The position numbers were made by a program, and so were the translations under genes. From an uncultured Chitinophaga sp. (lineage in GTDB: Bacteria > Bacteroidota > Bacteroidia > Bacteroidales > GCA-2748055): a DNA stretch of 64,000 bases. The stretch covers positions 17,213 to 81,212 of the forward strand of contig CAYGFI010000001.1 in NCBI GenBank assembly GCA_964349045.1, read 5' to 3'. Positions 1-9,538 of the stretch are shown one piece after another (position 1 is the stretch's first letter; every line of letters begins with the position of its first letter). Under the pieces are notes generated by a model. That model was given only the letters and a program-made list of their open reading frames with translations, made no database searches and was not told the DNA's origin.

Positions 1-182
1 TCAGTTTTAATCATTGAATATTTGATTGTATCTAACATGTTGATTTTAAGGTTTATAACCTGATATTGGTAATGCCGATAATAGTTTTTAGCAGAAAGAA
101 GAAGTTATCAATATCCCTGGACATATTCAGAAATGTCCCCAAAAAAGTTGCTTATCGGATTGCCATAATAAAAATCAGAGCC

Positions 183-1646
183 ATGAAAAAATTTACAAAA
201 TTGTTTCTGTTAAGTGTACTAATTTCATTTGGAATTAATTGCTCTGCCCAGATAATGAAAGATATTGCTCAAAACAGCACCATAGATGCCAATGTACCAA
301 AATACAGCGATGTGGTAATGAGAAGCTTATCTTTTAGAAATGATACTTTTAAGTTTGGCTCTACCCTGCAAAATGCATTGGATTTTCATGTTACCCGACT
401 GGATTGGGTATATGTAAGGGAAGGTGACGGAAGTTACATGAAAGACTTTGCTGCAAAAGGTATTAAAGTAGGTGGTACAATTAATGCAACGCCCGTCGAT
501 TCTTCGATTTCTATCCAGGATATAAATGGAAAGGCCCAGCAAACACCCTGGCTTCCGGGACGTTATTTTATTTGCGTTAATAATCCTGTTGCATTTAAAT
601 ACAACCTGGATAATATTAAAATTGGTGTTGATCTTGGTTGTATTTCTATTCAGCGTGATGAGCCAGGCTTTGGTAATATTGAATACAGTAAAAGTTGCTG
701 TTTCTGTTCCTTCTGTAAGGCAAAAGCATTATCTCAAGGTGTTAATCTGAACGACGCAATTCAACGGAAAGCATTCAATAAAGCATCTACAATTGAGTTT
801 TATAAAAATCTTTATAGCCAGGCAAACACTTATGCCGGGTTTGCATTAGGTCATTCATGTAATGGAGGTGCGCGCTCCTGGGATGATGAAAACTATAAAG
901 AAATATTTGATGAACACAACTATAGAATCGCTGAAATGAGAGACAAGACACCTGATGAAGTATATAATCTATCGAAAGAATCGCGCTTGCGAAATAAAGC
1001 TCAGTTATTTCAATATACTACAAGGGGTGATATGGATAAATCCATTCAAAGAAAATACATAGCAATTGGATACGCGACCGGAATGATCGTAATGGTTCCG
1101 TGGGATGTATATATTAGCAGAGCTCCGCGTTATTTTGGTGTTAAGGAGGATTATGCTGATGTGTTTGGATTTGTCCGATGCATAGGACAGGCAGGATACC
1201 TGGATGAGTACCAGGATGCTGCTGTTGGTGGTTACGACCTGGATGAAACCCGGTATACAACAGACCCGGTTGGAATTATTTCCGGTAACCCCCAGCTTAG
1301 CATGTTTGTCCGTGCTAAGCCTGGAAATGAAGACGCACCCGTTATTGTTCATATGGTTAAATGGGATGGCAGCGGTTCTGTAAAAATAAAATTATTAACA
1401 AAGAGTTTTTTTGACGGAGGTGCTCTGAATATTAAACTATGGACTCCAAAACCTTATAACCATTCTAAGCACATCAAAGCTGAAAAAAAGGGTAACTACA
1501 AAACCCTTAAGCTGGATCGTACCGGAGAGATGAACGTAACTGTTAATGGTCAATGGACTGAAGTTGATGTACCGGACTTATCACCATGGGGTATCCTGGT
1601 GGTTGAGAAGGACAATTCTGACTCACGTTCAAAAAAAAGAAAATAA
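183..1646 (+). CDS. Secreted protein of unknown function (family X, paralog of 43447-45186); a glycosidase-like role is guessed only from context
   Basis: ORF 66-1646. The ATG at 183 yields Sec signal MKKFTKLFLLSVLISFGINCSAQ. It shares colinear motifs with the 43447-45186 product (YSDVVMRSL.FR, FHVTRL.W.Y, QRD[ED]P, CFC..C, VPWDVY, YAD.FGFVR, APVI.H.V.W, WG.LVVEK). I did not recognise the family by eye. Confidence 0.6.
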   Translation: MKKFTKLFLLSVLISFGINCSAQIMKDIAQNSTIDANVPKYSDVVMRSLSFRNDTFKFGSTLQNALDFHVTRLDWVYVREGDGSYMKDFAAKGIKVGGTINATPVDSSISIQDINGKAQQTPWLPGRYFICVNNPVAFKYNLDNIKIGVDLGCISIQRDEPGFGNIEYSKSCCFCSFCKAKALSQGVNLNDAIQRKAFNKASTIEFYKNLYSQANTYAGFALGHSCNGGARSWDDENYKEIFDEHNYRIAEMRDKTPDEVYNLSKESRLRNKAQLFQYTTRGDMDKSIQRKYIAIGYATGMIVMVPWDVYISRAPRYFGVKEDYADVFGFVRCIGQAGYLDEYQDAAVGGYDLDETRYTTDPVGIISGNPQLSMFVRAKPGNEDAPVIVHMVKWDGSGSVKIKLLTKSFFDGGALNIKLWTPKPYNHSKHIKAEKKGNYKTLKLDRTGEMNVTVNGQWTEVDVPDLSPWGILVVEKDNSDSRSKKRK

Positions 1647-1665
1647 ACCTGTTAACGTAAATGAA

Positions 1666-3105
1666 ATGAAGATGAAAAATAATTGGTCCACATTTTTGTA
1701 TTTGTGCCTGTTAATGTCCATTTTCTCAGGTTGTAACCCACCTATAAAAAATTCCGGCTATACAAGTGAGAATAAAAAAAGTGACATAAAAGTTCTTTTT
1801 AGCAGGGATGAACTCATTGAAATGGGATATCCTTTTGGAAAATACGGAAAAGACGTACCGTTGGGGGATCCTGATTTGGAATGGAAAAGAAGTAATCCCG
1901 ATGTTACCGTTTTTGTTCCCCTGGGTTCAGGTTTTTACGATGGCGATAACGAACACTTTCTGGTTTTTGAATCTCCTGATAAGGATGAATTGCTGGCAAT
2001 GTGGACTCAAAGTTCACGTGAAGCTCATGGAGATAATCACCTGGTTTTGGCCAGGAGTAAAGATGGAGTGAACTGGTCCAATCCAAAATATATTGTAGGT
2101 GCAAAGTACGCTATTGGCGGCTTACAGGCCAGCTGGGGTTTTCCCATTATCTCGGACAAAGGCAGGATATATATTTTTTATACTAAGGAAATTGAGCTTA
2201 ATGACGAAGACAAGCAGGGAAGTGGTACTATGGGATGCGTTTTTTCTGACGATAGGGGATATACCTGGACCCAACCAAAAGAAATCCCAATGCCTCGTTC
2301 AAAATACGATAATCCGGATCCTGAAATTCCAAAGGGTTGGATCGTATTTCAAAAGCCTGTATCAGACCAGGAGGGTAAATGGATTGCAGGATATACCCTG
2401 GTAACTTCACCCACTGTAATGAAAAAGGAAAAAAATTGGCCTAATGCAGATTCCAGGTGCTATTTTATGCGGTTTATGAACATTGATAACAATCCTAATC
2501 CCGGGGATATTGAAATTGAGTGGTATCCTGAAAATGACCTGGGATTGGAAGTTCAGAATAAAGTCTATCCGCACCTATCGACAGCTCAGGAACCGGCAGT
2601 TGTTTTATTACCCGACGGAAGGCTGTTTACAGTCATGAGAACTATGACCGGATATATATATTACTCTGTTTCTGCTGATAATGGTAAAACCTGGGATAAA
2701 CCCGGGATTCTTAAATACTCAGATAATGGACCCGGAATAAAACACCCGATGTCTCCCTGTCCTTTATACAGACTTAAGGATGGGAAATTTGTTCTTATTT
2801 TTCACAATAATGATGGTACACGATTTGGTTATAATCAGGCTGATAAAATCTGGAGTATTAATGTGGCAAATGTTATCAGGAACCCGACCTACTATGCTAT
2901 TGGGGAGTTTAAAAAAGATGCGGAACAGCCAATCTGGTTTAATGAACCAAAAGAAATCCTTAACTCCGGTGATATTGCATTACCACCCAAAATGACAGCT
3001 GAAATAGGCACCTATCCGAGTATCACAGAATTCATGGGAAAAACAGTATTATGGTATCCTGACAGAAAAAGGTTTTTACTGGGTAAATATTTAAATATAA
3101 ATTAA
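1666..3105 (+). CDS. BNR/Asp-box beta-propeller lipoprotein (sialidase-like superfamily)
   Basis: ORF 1546-3105. The ATG at 1666 gives lipoprotein signal MKMKNNWSTFLYLCLLMSIFSGC. Asp-boxes are SKDGVNWS, SDDRGYTW and SADNGKTW. It shares AMWTQSSRE with AVWTQASRE in 45356-46813. I saw no FRIP motif, so sialidase activity is unproven. Confidence 0.7.
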   Translation: MKMKNNWSTFLYLCLLMSIFSGCNPPIKNSGYTSENKKSDIKVLFSRDELIEMGYPFGKYGKDVPLGDPDLEWKRSNPDVTVFVPLGSGFYDGDNEHFLVFESPDKDELLAMWTQSSREAHGDNHLVLARSKDGVNWSNPKYIVGAKYAIGGLQASWGFPIISDKGRIYIFYTKEIELNDEDKQGSGTMGCVFSDDRGYTWTQPKEIPMPRSKYDNPDPEIPKGWIVFQKPVSDQEGKWIAGYTLVTSPTVMKKEKNWPNADSRCYFMRFMNIDNNPNPGDIEIEWYPENDLGLEVQNKVYPHLSTAQEPAVVLLPDGRLFTVMRTMTGYIYYSVSADNGKTWDKPGILKYSDNGPGIKHPMSPCPLYRLKDGKFVLIFHNNDGTRFGYNQADKIWSINVANVIRNPTYYAIGEFKKDAEQPIWFNEPKEILNSGDIALPPKMTAEIGTYPSITEFMGKTVLWYPDRKRFLLGKYLNIN

Positions 3106-3213
3106 TAGTATACCTGTTTCCGTATCTTGAAAATAGTTACTTAAAAACAATAAATTCAAACCATGGCGCCAAATAAAAAATCAGATTTTCGAGGCGCCCA
3201 AAAATGAAATAAT

Positions 3214-5259
3214 ATGAAAACCAAAGCGATTTACATCATTTTTATCGGTCTTATGTATCTTCAATCTGCGTTAGCACAGACGAAACTGTACATTGCACCT
3301 GGCGGTAATGACAGCTGGTCAGGTAGCATCGCTGAACCCAATACCCAAAAAACCGACGGACCGCTTGCCACACTGACCGGCGCCAGGGATGCTGTCCGGA
3401 AGTTACATAAACAAGGCATTACCCAGCCAATCACTGTGCAATTTCGCCAGGGGAACTACCTGCTTTCTGAGCCTGTAATGTTCAAAGCGGAAGATTCCGG
3501 AACGCCGAACGCTCCAATCCTTTATACTAATTATCCGGGTGAAAAGGTTATTATTTCCGGTGGGCGGACAATTGAGGGCAAATGGCAGAAGCATCAAAAC
3601 AAAATATGGAAAATCAAAATCCCCAAAGACTGGACATTTAACCAGCTCTTTGTGAACGGAAAACGCCAGACACGTGCACGTACTCCGAATAACGGATACT
3701 TTAACGCATACAGTGTTCCAAAAGAATCGTATGATTCCATGATCTACCAGGCAGGTGACATTCAAAAAACCTGGCATGATCTGCCAAATGTACAGGTTGT
3801 CATTTTTCATTCCTGGAGTGAGTCGAGGCTTTTCATTAAAGATATTGATGAGCAGCAAAGGTTGGTGACATTTACCGGCCCCGGAGCCTATACACTGGAC
3901 CATTTCAGAAAATATCCCCGTTACTGGGTAGAAAATATCATGGAAGGTTTGGATGCACCGGGAGAGTGGTATCTCGACCGTAAGTCCGGCACACTCTACT
4001 ATTACCCAACTGAGGATGTTGATTTAAATACTGCTGAAGTCATCGCTCCTGTTTCGAGTCAGCTTCTGCAACTCAGAGGAGATAAACCATCGGGCATACC
4101 GGTACAGTACCTGACATTTGAGAATTTAGCATTCATGTATACAGGGTACAGCTTCCCGGCTACCGGTTATAAGAACGGAGGTGGAACAACAGGACCCCGT
4201 TATCGTCCTTCGGCTGTGTTGCTGGAAAATGCGGGAAATGTGACATTCAGGAATTGCCTGCTCGAGAATACTGCAACCTATGCGATTGAGCTGGCGGACT
4301 CATCCTATAATTGCTTATTTGAAAACAACATCATACGACATTGTGGCGGAGGTGGAATCATAATCGTCGGTGGGAAGGATAATTCCGTAATCAACAATCA
4401 TATTCATCATTGCGGTGAGTTATTTTTTGGCGGTACCGGAGTAGTAAATGCAAACGGTGTAAAAACCCACATTGCCCACAACCTAATTCATGATATGCCT
4501 TACTGCGGCGTTCGCGGCGGTGACTGGGGTTTGCGTCTTGATGAGGTAATTGAATTCAATCACATCCATCATGTAATGAACATGCTCAATGATGGGGCGT
4601 GCGTTTTTAATTGTGGTATTGGCTCAATAATACGCAATAATGTCGTTCACGACAGTTATGGATTTGATGATCAGGGATGGGGATTGTATCTCGATGAATT
4701 CCGAACCGATGTGATTATGACCAAAAACATTTCCTACAATACCAGGTCCGGCGGACTTCATCTGCACAACAATTTCGGTCATACAATCACCAATAATATT
4801 TTTGCTTTTGGAAAAACGCATCAGATCAGCTGGACAAGGTTTCATGGAGTACATTTCAATGTGCGTAAAGCAAAATATCAGCATCCGATTCATACATTTC
4901 AGCACAACATTGTGTATTGGAATGAAGGGGTATTTTCATATAATCTCGATTGCAATCGCTGGGACCTTGCTACCGCACCCGACAAAATTGACTATAATCT
5001 ATACTTCAATGCTGCCAAAGCTGGGCGCGTAACCATGGGAATTGGCCACGGTGGCAAACCGGGATATGATAAATTCGCCGATTGGCAGGAGATGGGACTG
5101 GATAAGCATTCGCTTGAAGCCGATCCCTTATTTAAGGATCCCAATAATGGGGACTTTACATTAGATGCTGCCTCTCCCGCCTTTAAACTGGGATTTGAAG
5201 CTATTGACGTTTCAAAAGTTGGCTTGTTGAAAAAAATCGTTGGACCGCAATTAAAATGA
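3214..5259 (+). CDS. Right-handed parallel beta-helix repeat protein, secreted (uncharacterised glycan hydrolase/lyase candidate)
   Basis: Sec signal MKTKAIYIIFIGLMYLQSALAQ. N-terminal motifs are LYIAPGGNDSWSG and LFVNGKRQTRARTPN. PbH1-like turns include NNHIHHCG, HNLIHDMPYCGVRGGDW, FNHIHHVM, RNNVVHD and NNIFAFG. The C-terminus has DPLFKDPNNGDFTL. It is full-length homologous to the products of 21154-23313 and 23346-25484. Confidence 0.75.
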   Translation: MKTKAIYIIFIGLMYLQSALAQTKLYIAPGGNDSWSGSIAEPNTQKTDGPLATLTGARDAVRKLHKQGITQPITVQFRQGNYLLSEPVMFKAEDSGTPNAPILYTNYPGEKVIISGGRTIEGKWQKHQNKIWKIKIPKDWTFNQLFVNGKRQTRARTPNNGYFNAYSVPKESYDSMIYQAGDIQKTWHDLPNVQVVIFHSWSESRLFIKDIDEQQRLVTFTGPGAYTLDHFRKYPRYWVENIMEGLDAPGEWYLDRKSGTLYYYPTEDVDLNTAEVIAPVSSQLLQLRGDKPSGIPVQYLTFENLAFMYTGYSFPATGYKNGGGTTGPRYRPSAVLLENAGNVTFRNCLLENTATYAIELADSSYNCLFENNIIRHCGGGGIIIVGGKDNSVINNHIHHCGELFFGGTGVVNANGVKTHIAHNLIHDMPYCGVRGGDWGLRLDEVIEFNHIHHVMNMLNDGACVFNCGIGSIIRNNVVHDSYGFDDQGWGLYLDEFRTDVIMTKNISYNTRSGGLHLHNNFGHTITNNIFAFGKTHQISWTRFHGVHFNVRKAKYQHPIHTFQHNIVYWNEGVFSYNLDCNRWDLATAPDKIDYNLYFNAAKAGRVTMGIGHGGKPGYDKFADWQEMGLDKHSLEADPLFKDPNNGDFTLDAASPAFKLGFEAIDVSKVGLLKKIVGPQLK

Positions 5260-5340
5260 TTAAAGAGTTTGTTATTATTAACTGATTTACAAAGTAAATT
5301 TTTTTAATGATTCAACGGATTATCCTTAATAGAAAGTAAC

Positions 5341-6282
5341 ATGAAAAATTTCAAAATGAATAGTGTAAAGAAATTTATGATAATGAATATAATATTATTA
5401 GTTATGACAAACTGTTCAACCCGGCATAAGAAATTGTCATTCATTAATTACCCTGGTCTTAAACTTGGATTCACCACCCAGAACTTTACAGAATGTTTAC
5501 CCGTTAGTTTTGAAAATGTAATAATGTTGCTAGATTATGCCTATGAGAAAGGGTTTACATTTTTTGAATTACGCGATCCCAATGCAGAACTTACTTTTGA
5601 GGAGTGTTCTAAAATTGCAGGGTATGCAAGCGAAAAAGGGATTGAGGTAGCTTATGCAAATCAACGGGGATTACTTGACCCTGATTTTATGAATGTTTTC
5701 AGCAAAGGTGTAAAGAATGCTAAAGTTTTTATTGGACCAAAAACCATCCGGGCAACGATTAGCGGATTAAATTTTACTGAAAATCCCGGGAAAACAGGCC
5801 TCAGTAAGGAGGAGTTTACAAAAGCGATCGAAATTGCCAACCAGGCTGCTCAGGAAGCTGAAGGGCAAGGCATTCAGCTTGTTATTGAAAACGGTGCTGA
5901 GCGTTTCACGGAATCGAATGATAGTTTATTTGGTTTTGAGTCGTTTTTTAAAAAAGTTAACCCAAATGTTGCATGGCAATTTGATACAGCTAACCCCTTT
6001 GCCAATAAAGACAATTTTGCTAATCCTGACTCGGTTAAACAGTATTTGGAAAAACACGCCGGCAGAATTAAATACATACATCTGAAAGCTGCCCAAAATT
6101 ATCAGGCTCAGAAAGTTTTAGGCCCAAATGAATTGGATTATGGGGAATTATTCCGGATATTATCTGCCAATAATGTAAACTATATTTCCATAGAACTATT
6201 CGTTGAAAGCGATATTGACACAGTATATAAAAATATGGATATGAGCATTGAATTTTTGAGAAAAAGTGGTTTTATTAATTAA
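5341..6282 (+). CDS. Xylose-isomerase-like TIM-barrel protein (sugar phosphate isomerase/epimerase superfamily) with lipoprotein signal
   Basis: N-terminus MNIILLVMTNCS carries a lipobox. The length is about 310 aa. Motifs resemble the AP_endonuc_2/xylose isomerase-like fold (FFELRDPN, LVIENGAE, WQFDTANPF, YIHLKA). Assigned by general resemblance only. Confidence 0.55.
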   Translation: MKNFKMNSVKKFMIMNIILLVMTNCSTRHKKLSFINYPGLKLGFTTQNFTECLPVSFENVIMLLDYAYEKGFTFFELRDPNAELTFEECSKIAGYASEKGIEVAYANQRGLLDPDFMNVFSKGVKNAKVFIGPKTIRATISGLNFTENPGKTGLSKEEFTKAIEIANQAAQEAEGQGIQLVIENGAERFTESNDSLFGFESFFKKVNPNVAWQFDTANPFANKDNFANPDSVKQYLEKHAGRIKYIHLKAAQNYQAQKVLGPNELDYGELFRILSANNVNYISIELFVESDIDTVYKNMDMSIEFLRKSGFIN

Positions 6283-6420
6283 GTTAAAAATACTTGTATT
6301 TAAAAATCTTTACCCTTAGAACCTGACAAGTTTGTAGCAAAATTAAGCATATATTTTTCAAGATATTTTGGAATTCAGTCGAATCGGCAATCGCATGATA
6401 TATTTGATTAAATCCCGATA

Positions 6421-7896
6421 ATGAAAACAAAATTTAAAAGATTGGAGACAGGTAAAAACTTTTTTATCGGTTTGACATTGCCAATGATCATGTTCGCCGG
6501 TTGTAAGAGTATTGAAACTAAAAATCAAAGCCCTAACTTTATTTTCATTCTGGCCGATGATTTAGGTTGGGCCGATCTTCCTGTATATGGCAATAAATTC
6601 AATGAAGCACCAAATATTACAAAACTTGCTCAAGAAGGAATGCTTTTTACCAATGCTTATGCTACCGCACCTGTCTGTTCCCCATCCCGGGCAAGTATAA
6701 TTTCAGGACAATACCCGGCCAGGACTGGAATAATAGATTGGATTCCCGGTCACTGGAGACCTTTTGAAGAAGTTATTGTTCCTGTTAACCGTACCCAATA
6801 CCTGCCTTCAGAAATTGTCACAATTGGCGAATCTATGAAAGCAGTTGGTTATGCTACCGGTTACTTTGGGAAATGGCATCTGGGAAATGAAAAACAATAC
6901 CATCCGAAGTTTCAGGGTTTTGATGATGCAAATATCGGTCAGGGGTATTATAATGTGATATTTGATCCTCCGCGGGAAGTTGGATCTCCTAAAAGATTAT
7001 CGGAGCTCCTGACTGATTTTGGTGAGGAATTTATAGAAAAAAACAGTCATCATCCTTTTTTCCTTTTTATATCTCATTTTGATGTTCATGTACAATTAGA
7101 TGCAGATCAGGATTTAATAGATAAATATCTGCACAAAGAAAAAGTCAAGAATTATCCGTGCAATGCTGTATATGCAGCCATGATTGAACATCTGGACCGA
7201 AGTGTTGGAAGGATAGTTAAAAAACTGAAAGAATCCGGATTGGAAGAAAATACAATGTTAGTATTCTTTTCTGATAATGGGGGATTGAACATGCGATATG
7301 ACCGGGCCCCATTAATTGCCAATAGCAAAAAACCATTATATGAGACTGATTCTCTTTTATATATTGCCTCTTCTAATTCTCCGTTAAGAGGAGAAAAAGG
7401 GACACTCTATGAAGGTGGTATCCGTGAACCCATGATTGTAAAGTGGCCTGCAAAAATTAAAGCAGGAAGCGTGTCAGATGCTGTTGTCTGCGGTGTTGAT
7501 TTTTTCCCCACTTTTGTTGAAATAGCAGGAGGAATATTACCTCCTGATCAAATAATGGATGGGCAAAGTATTGTTCCACAATTATCAGGAAGAAAATTAG
7601 ATAATGAAAGGACAATATTCTGGCACTACCCTGTTTATCATCACGATTTCCCTTCCGGGGCAATACGAATGGGCGATTGGAAGCTAATAGAAAATCAGGT
7701 AACACGTGAAGTTTCACTGTTCAATCTGAAGTCGGATGTTGGTGAATCGACCGATCTTGCAAGGGTTTACCCTGAAAAAAAGGAGGAAATGTATTCCCTG
7801 TTAAAAAATTGGCAGTTAGAGATTAATGCTTCACTTCCAAAACCTAATCCACTTTTTGACATGAAAAAGAGGTTTGAGTGGGGAATTCATCCATAA
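6421..7896 (+). CDS. Sulfatase (S1, formylglycine-dependent arylsulfatase family)
   Basis: PNFIFILADDLGWADL is followed by the C-x-P-x-R signature in APVCSPSRASIISGQYPARTG. Also present are GKWHLG and FFSDNGG. An N-terminal lipoprotein-like signal ends in FAGC. Confidence 0.9.
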   Translation: MKTKFKRLETGKNFFIGLTLPMIMFAGCKSIETKNQSPNFIFILADDLGWADLPVYGNKFNEAPNITKLAQEGMLFTNAYATAPVCSPSRASIISGQYPARTGIIDWIPGHWRPFEEVIVPVNRTQYLPSEIVTIGESMKAVGYATGYFGKWHLGNEKQYHPKFQGFDDANIGQGYYNVIFDPPREVGSPKRLSELLTDFGEEFIEKNSHHPFFLFISHFDVHVQLDADQDLIDKYLHKEKVKNYPCNAVYAAMIEHLDRSVGRIVKKLKESGLEENTMLVFFSDNGGLNMRYDRAPLIANSKKPLYETDSLLYIASSNSPLRGEKGTLYEGGIREPMIVKWPAKIKAGSVSDAVVCGVDFFPTFVEIAGGILPPDQIMDGQSIVPQLSGRKLDNERTIFWHYPVYHHDFPSGAIRMGDWKLIENQVTREVSLFNLKSDVGESTDLARVYPEKKEEMYSLLKNWQLEINASLPKPNPLFDMKKRFEWGIHP

Positions 7897-8004
7897 CAAT
7901 TTAGTCGGGCTAATGTCATCTGGATCCGGTGCGTCGATTACAGTCGTATTTGGAATGCGATTGGTTATTCCGTTCGTTGTGTAAAGAATAATTAAATAAT
8001 TGTT

Positions 8005-9510
8005 TTAACGGAGGCGTACATACTTTTCAATTGCTGTCTCATCCGGAAAAATAAGACTCCCAATATATCCAACAACAAACATGGTAATATGACTGCATAA
8101 CCCGATTAAATAAGGGTGCAGTGTGTAATTAAAAGCACCCAGGTCAATTACATTATTTTTTGTTAGCGATGCCCATGCTACTACAGTAATCGTTGCTATA
8201 ATACCAATACCCACCCCTTTACTATTAGCCTTTTTACTAATGAATGCAAGCAACATTAAGCCAAGCAATCCACCGGCGAAAATAGATAATGCCGAATAAT
8301 ATATTTCCAATACCTGGCCCGACCGGCTATTGAGCCATGAAGCCAATAAAAGCGAAAATGTACCCGCAACAAGTACCGACAAACGGCCAATTATCAGCAT
8401 TTTTTTATCAGAACTCCCGGGAATCATTTTTTTAAATAAATCATTGGTAAACACCGTCGATACGCTGTTAAGCCCGCCCGACAATGTTGACATGGCACTG
8501 GAAAGCAAGGCAGCCAGTGCCAGACCAATAACACCGGCAGGTAATTGATTCATAATAAAAAAGGGCAAAATTTTGTCGGGTTTGGCCATAATGTCGGAAG
8601 GTACACTTGTTCCGGAATAAGTATAATAGCCCCACAAAGCTGTTCCTACAAAAAAGAATAATGCCCATACCGGTATACAGGCTAAACCACTAATTAACGC
8701 CCCTCTCACAGCTTGCCTGGTTGTTTTAGCTGTAAGGTAGCGTTGAACCATGGTCTGGTCGGTGCCAAAATTATGTGCATGCTGGTAAAAACCATATAAT
8801 AACATCACCAAAACAGTATCGTGTTTTAGACTAAATCCCGGTTCGCCTAAACTAAATTTACCCTGATGCCATGCGGCCGAAAGGATTTCACCAGCACCAG
8901 CCTTTGCTCCAAATAAAGCAATACTTAAGAAAACAATTCCCCCTCCAATAAACAGCACTCCCTGAATTACATCTACCCAGGTTACAGCTTCAATTCCACC
9001 CGATAAGGTGTACACCATTGTTATAATGCCAAGTACCAATATTAAAAGGTAGATATTCCAACCTGTCATAGTGTTTATAGCTAATGCCAGCACAAAAAAG
9101 ATAACTGCAAGCCTCGAAATATAATAGAAAATAAAAGTAACCGCACCATAAGCCCTTATACCGTACCCAAAACGTTTTTCGAAAAACTCATAGAGGCTCA
9201 TGCCTATAATGTTACGGTATAAAGGAATCATAATGAAAGCAATAGGAAACATAACCACAAGCACCATTAAGGAATTCGTAAATTGTCTCCAGTCTCCGGC
9301 AAATGCTGAACCCGGATTTGCTAAAAAAGTCATGTTACTTACCAGGGTCGCAATTAATGCCATGCCCATTGCCCAGCCCGGTATGCGGTTGTTTGCAATA
9401 AAATAATCCCTGGTGGATTTCTGACGTTTCATAAAAAAGAATCCAACGCCAAGAACAATAGCCATATATGCAATTAGCACCAAATAGTCGAGCAATGAAA
9501 GAGGATTCAT
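8005..9510 (-). CDS. Sodium:solute symporter family (SSF) transporter
   Basis: 501 aa and highly hydrophobic, with about 13 predicted TM stretches. It has the SSF-like motif SGGIEAVTWVDVIQG and an N-terminal DYFIANNRIPGW. Confidence 0.85.
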   Translation of the reverse strand: MNPLSLLDYLVLIAYMAIVLGVGFFFMKRQKSTRDYFIANNRIPGWAMGMALIATLVSNMTFLANPGSAFAGDWRQFTNSLMVLVVMFPIAFIMIPLYRNIIGMSLYEFFEKRFGYGIRAYGAVTFIFYYISRLAVIFFVLALAINTMTGWNIYLLILVLGIITMVYTLSGGIEAVTWVDVIQGVLFIGGGIVFLSIALFGAKAGAGEILSAAWHQGKFSLGEPGFSLKHDTVLVMLLYGFYQHAHNFGTDQTMVQRYLTAKTTRQAVRGALISGLACIPVWALFFFVGTALWGYYTYSGTSVPSDIMAKPDKILPFFIMNQLPAGVIGLALAALLSSAMSTLSGGLNSVSTVFTNDLFKKMIPGSSDKKMLIIGRLSVLVAGTFSLLLASWLNSRSGQVLEIYYSALSIFAGGLLGLMLLAFISKKANSKGVGIGIIATITVVAWASLTKNNVIDLGAFNYTLHPYLIGLCSHITMFVVGYIGSLIFPDETAIEKYVRLR

Positions 9511-9538
9511 AGATTACAGTTATTTATAAGATTCAATG

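Noticed and set aside
66-182. N-terminal extensions offered by the ORF track (66-182, 1546-1665, 25612-25671, 43356-43490, 55645-55761, and GTG 30180)
   Set aside because: Internal ATGs give canonical Sec, lipoprotein or Tat signals at the very N-terminus. They also remove overlaps with upstream genes or with the IS terminal repeat. The extensions have no signal-like or conserved features.
3106-3213. Pair of GGCGCC palindromes separated by about 24 nt in the spacer before the beta-helix gene
   Set aside because: The 6-bp self-complementary sites give only a weak stem with a large loop, and the pattern does not recur elsewhere in the window. It is insufficient to call a terminator or operator.
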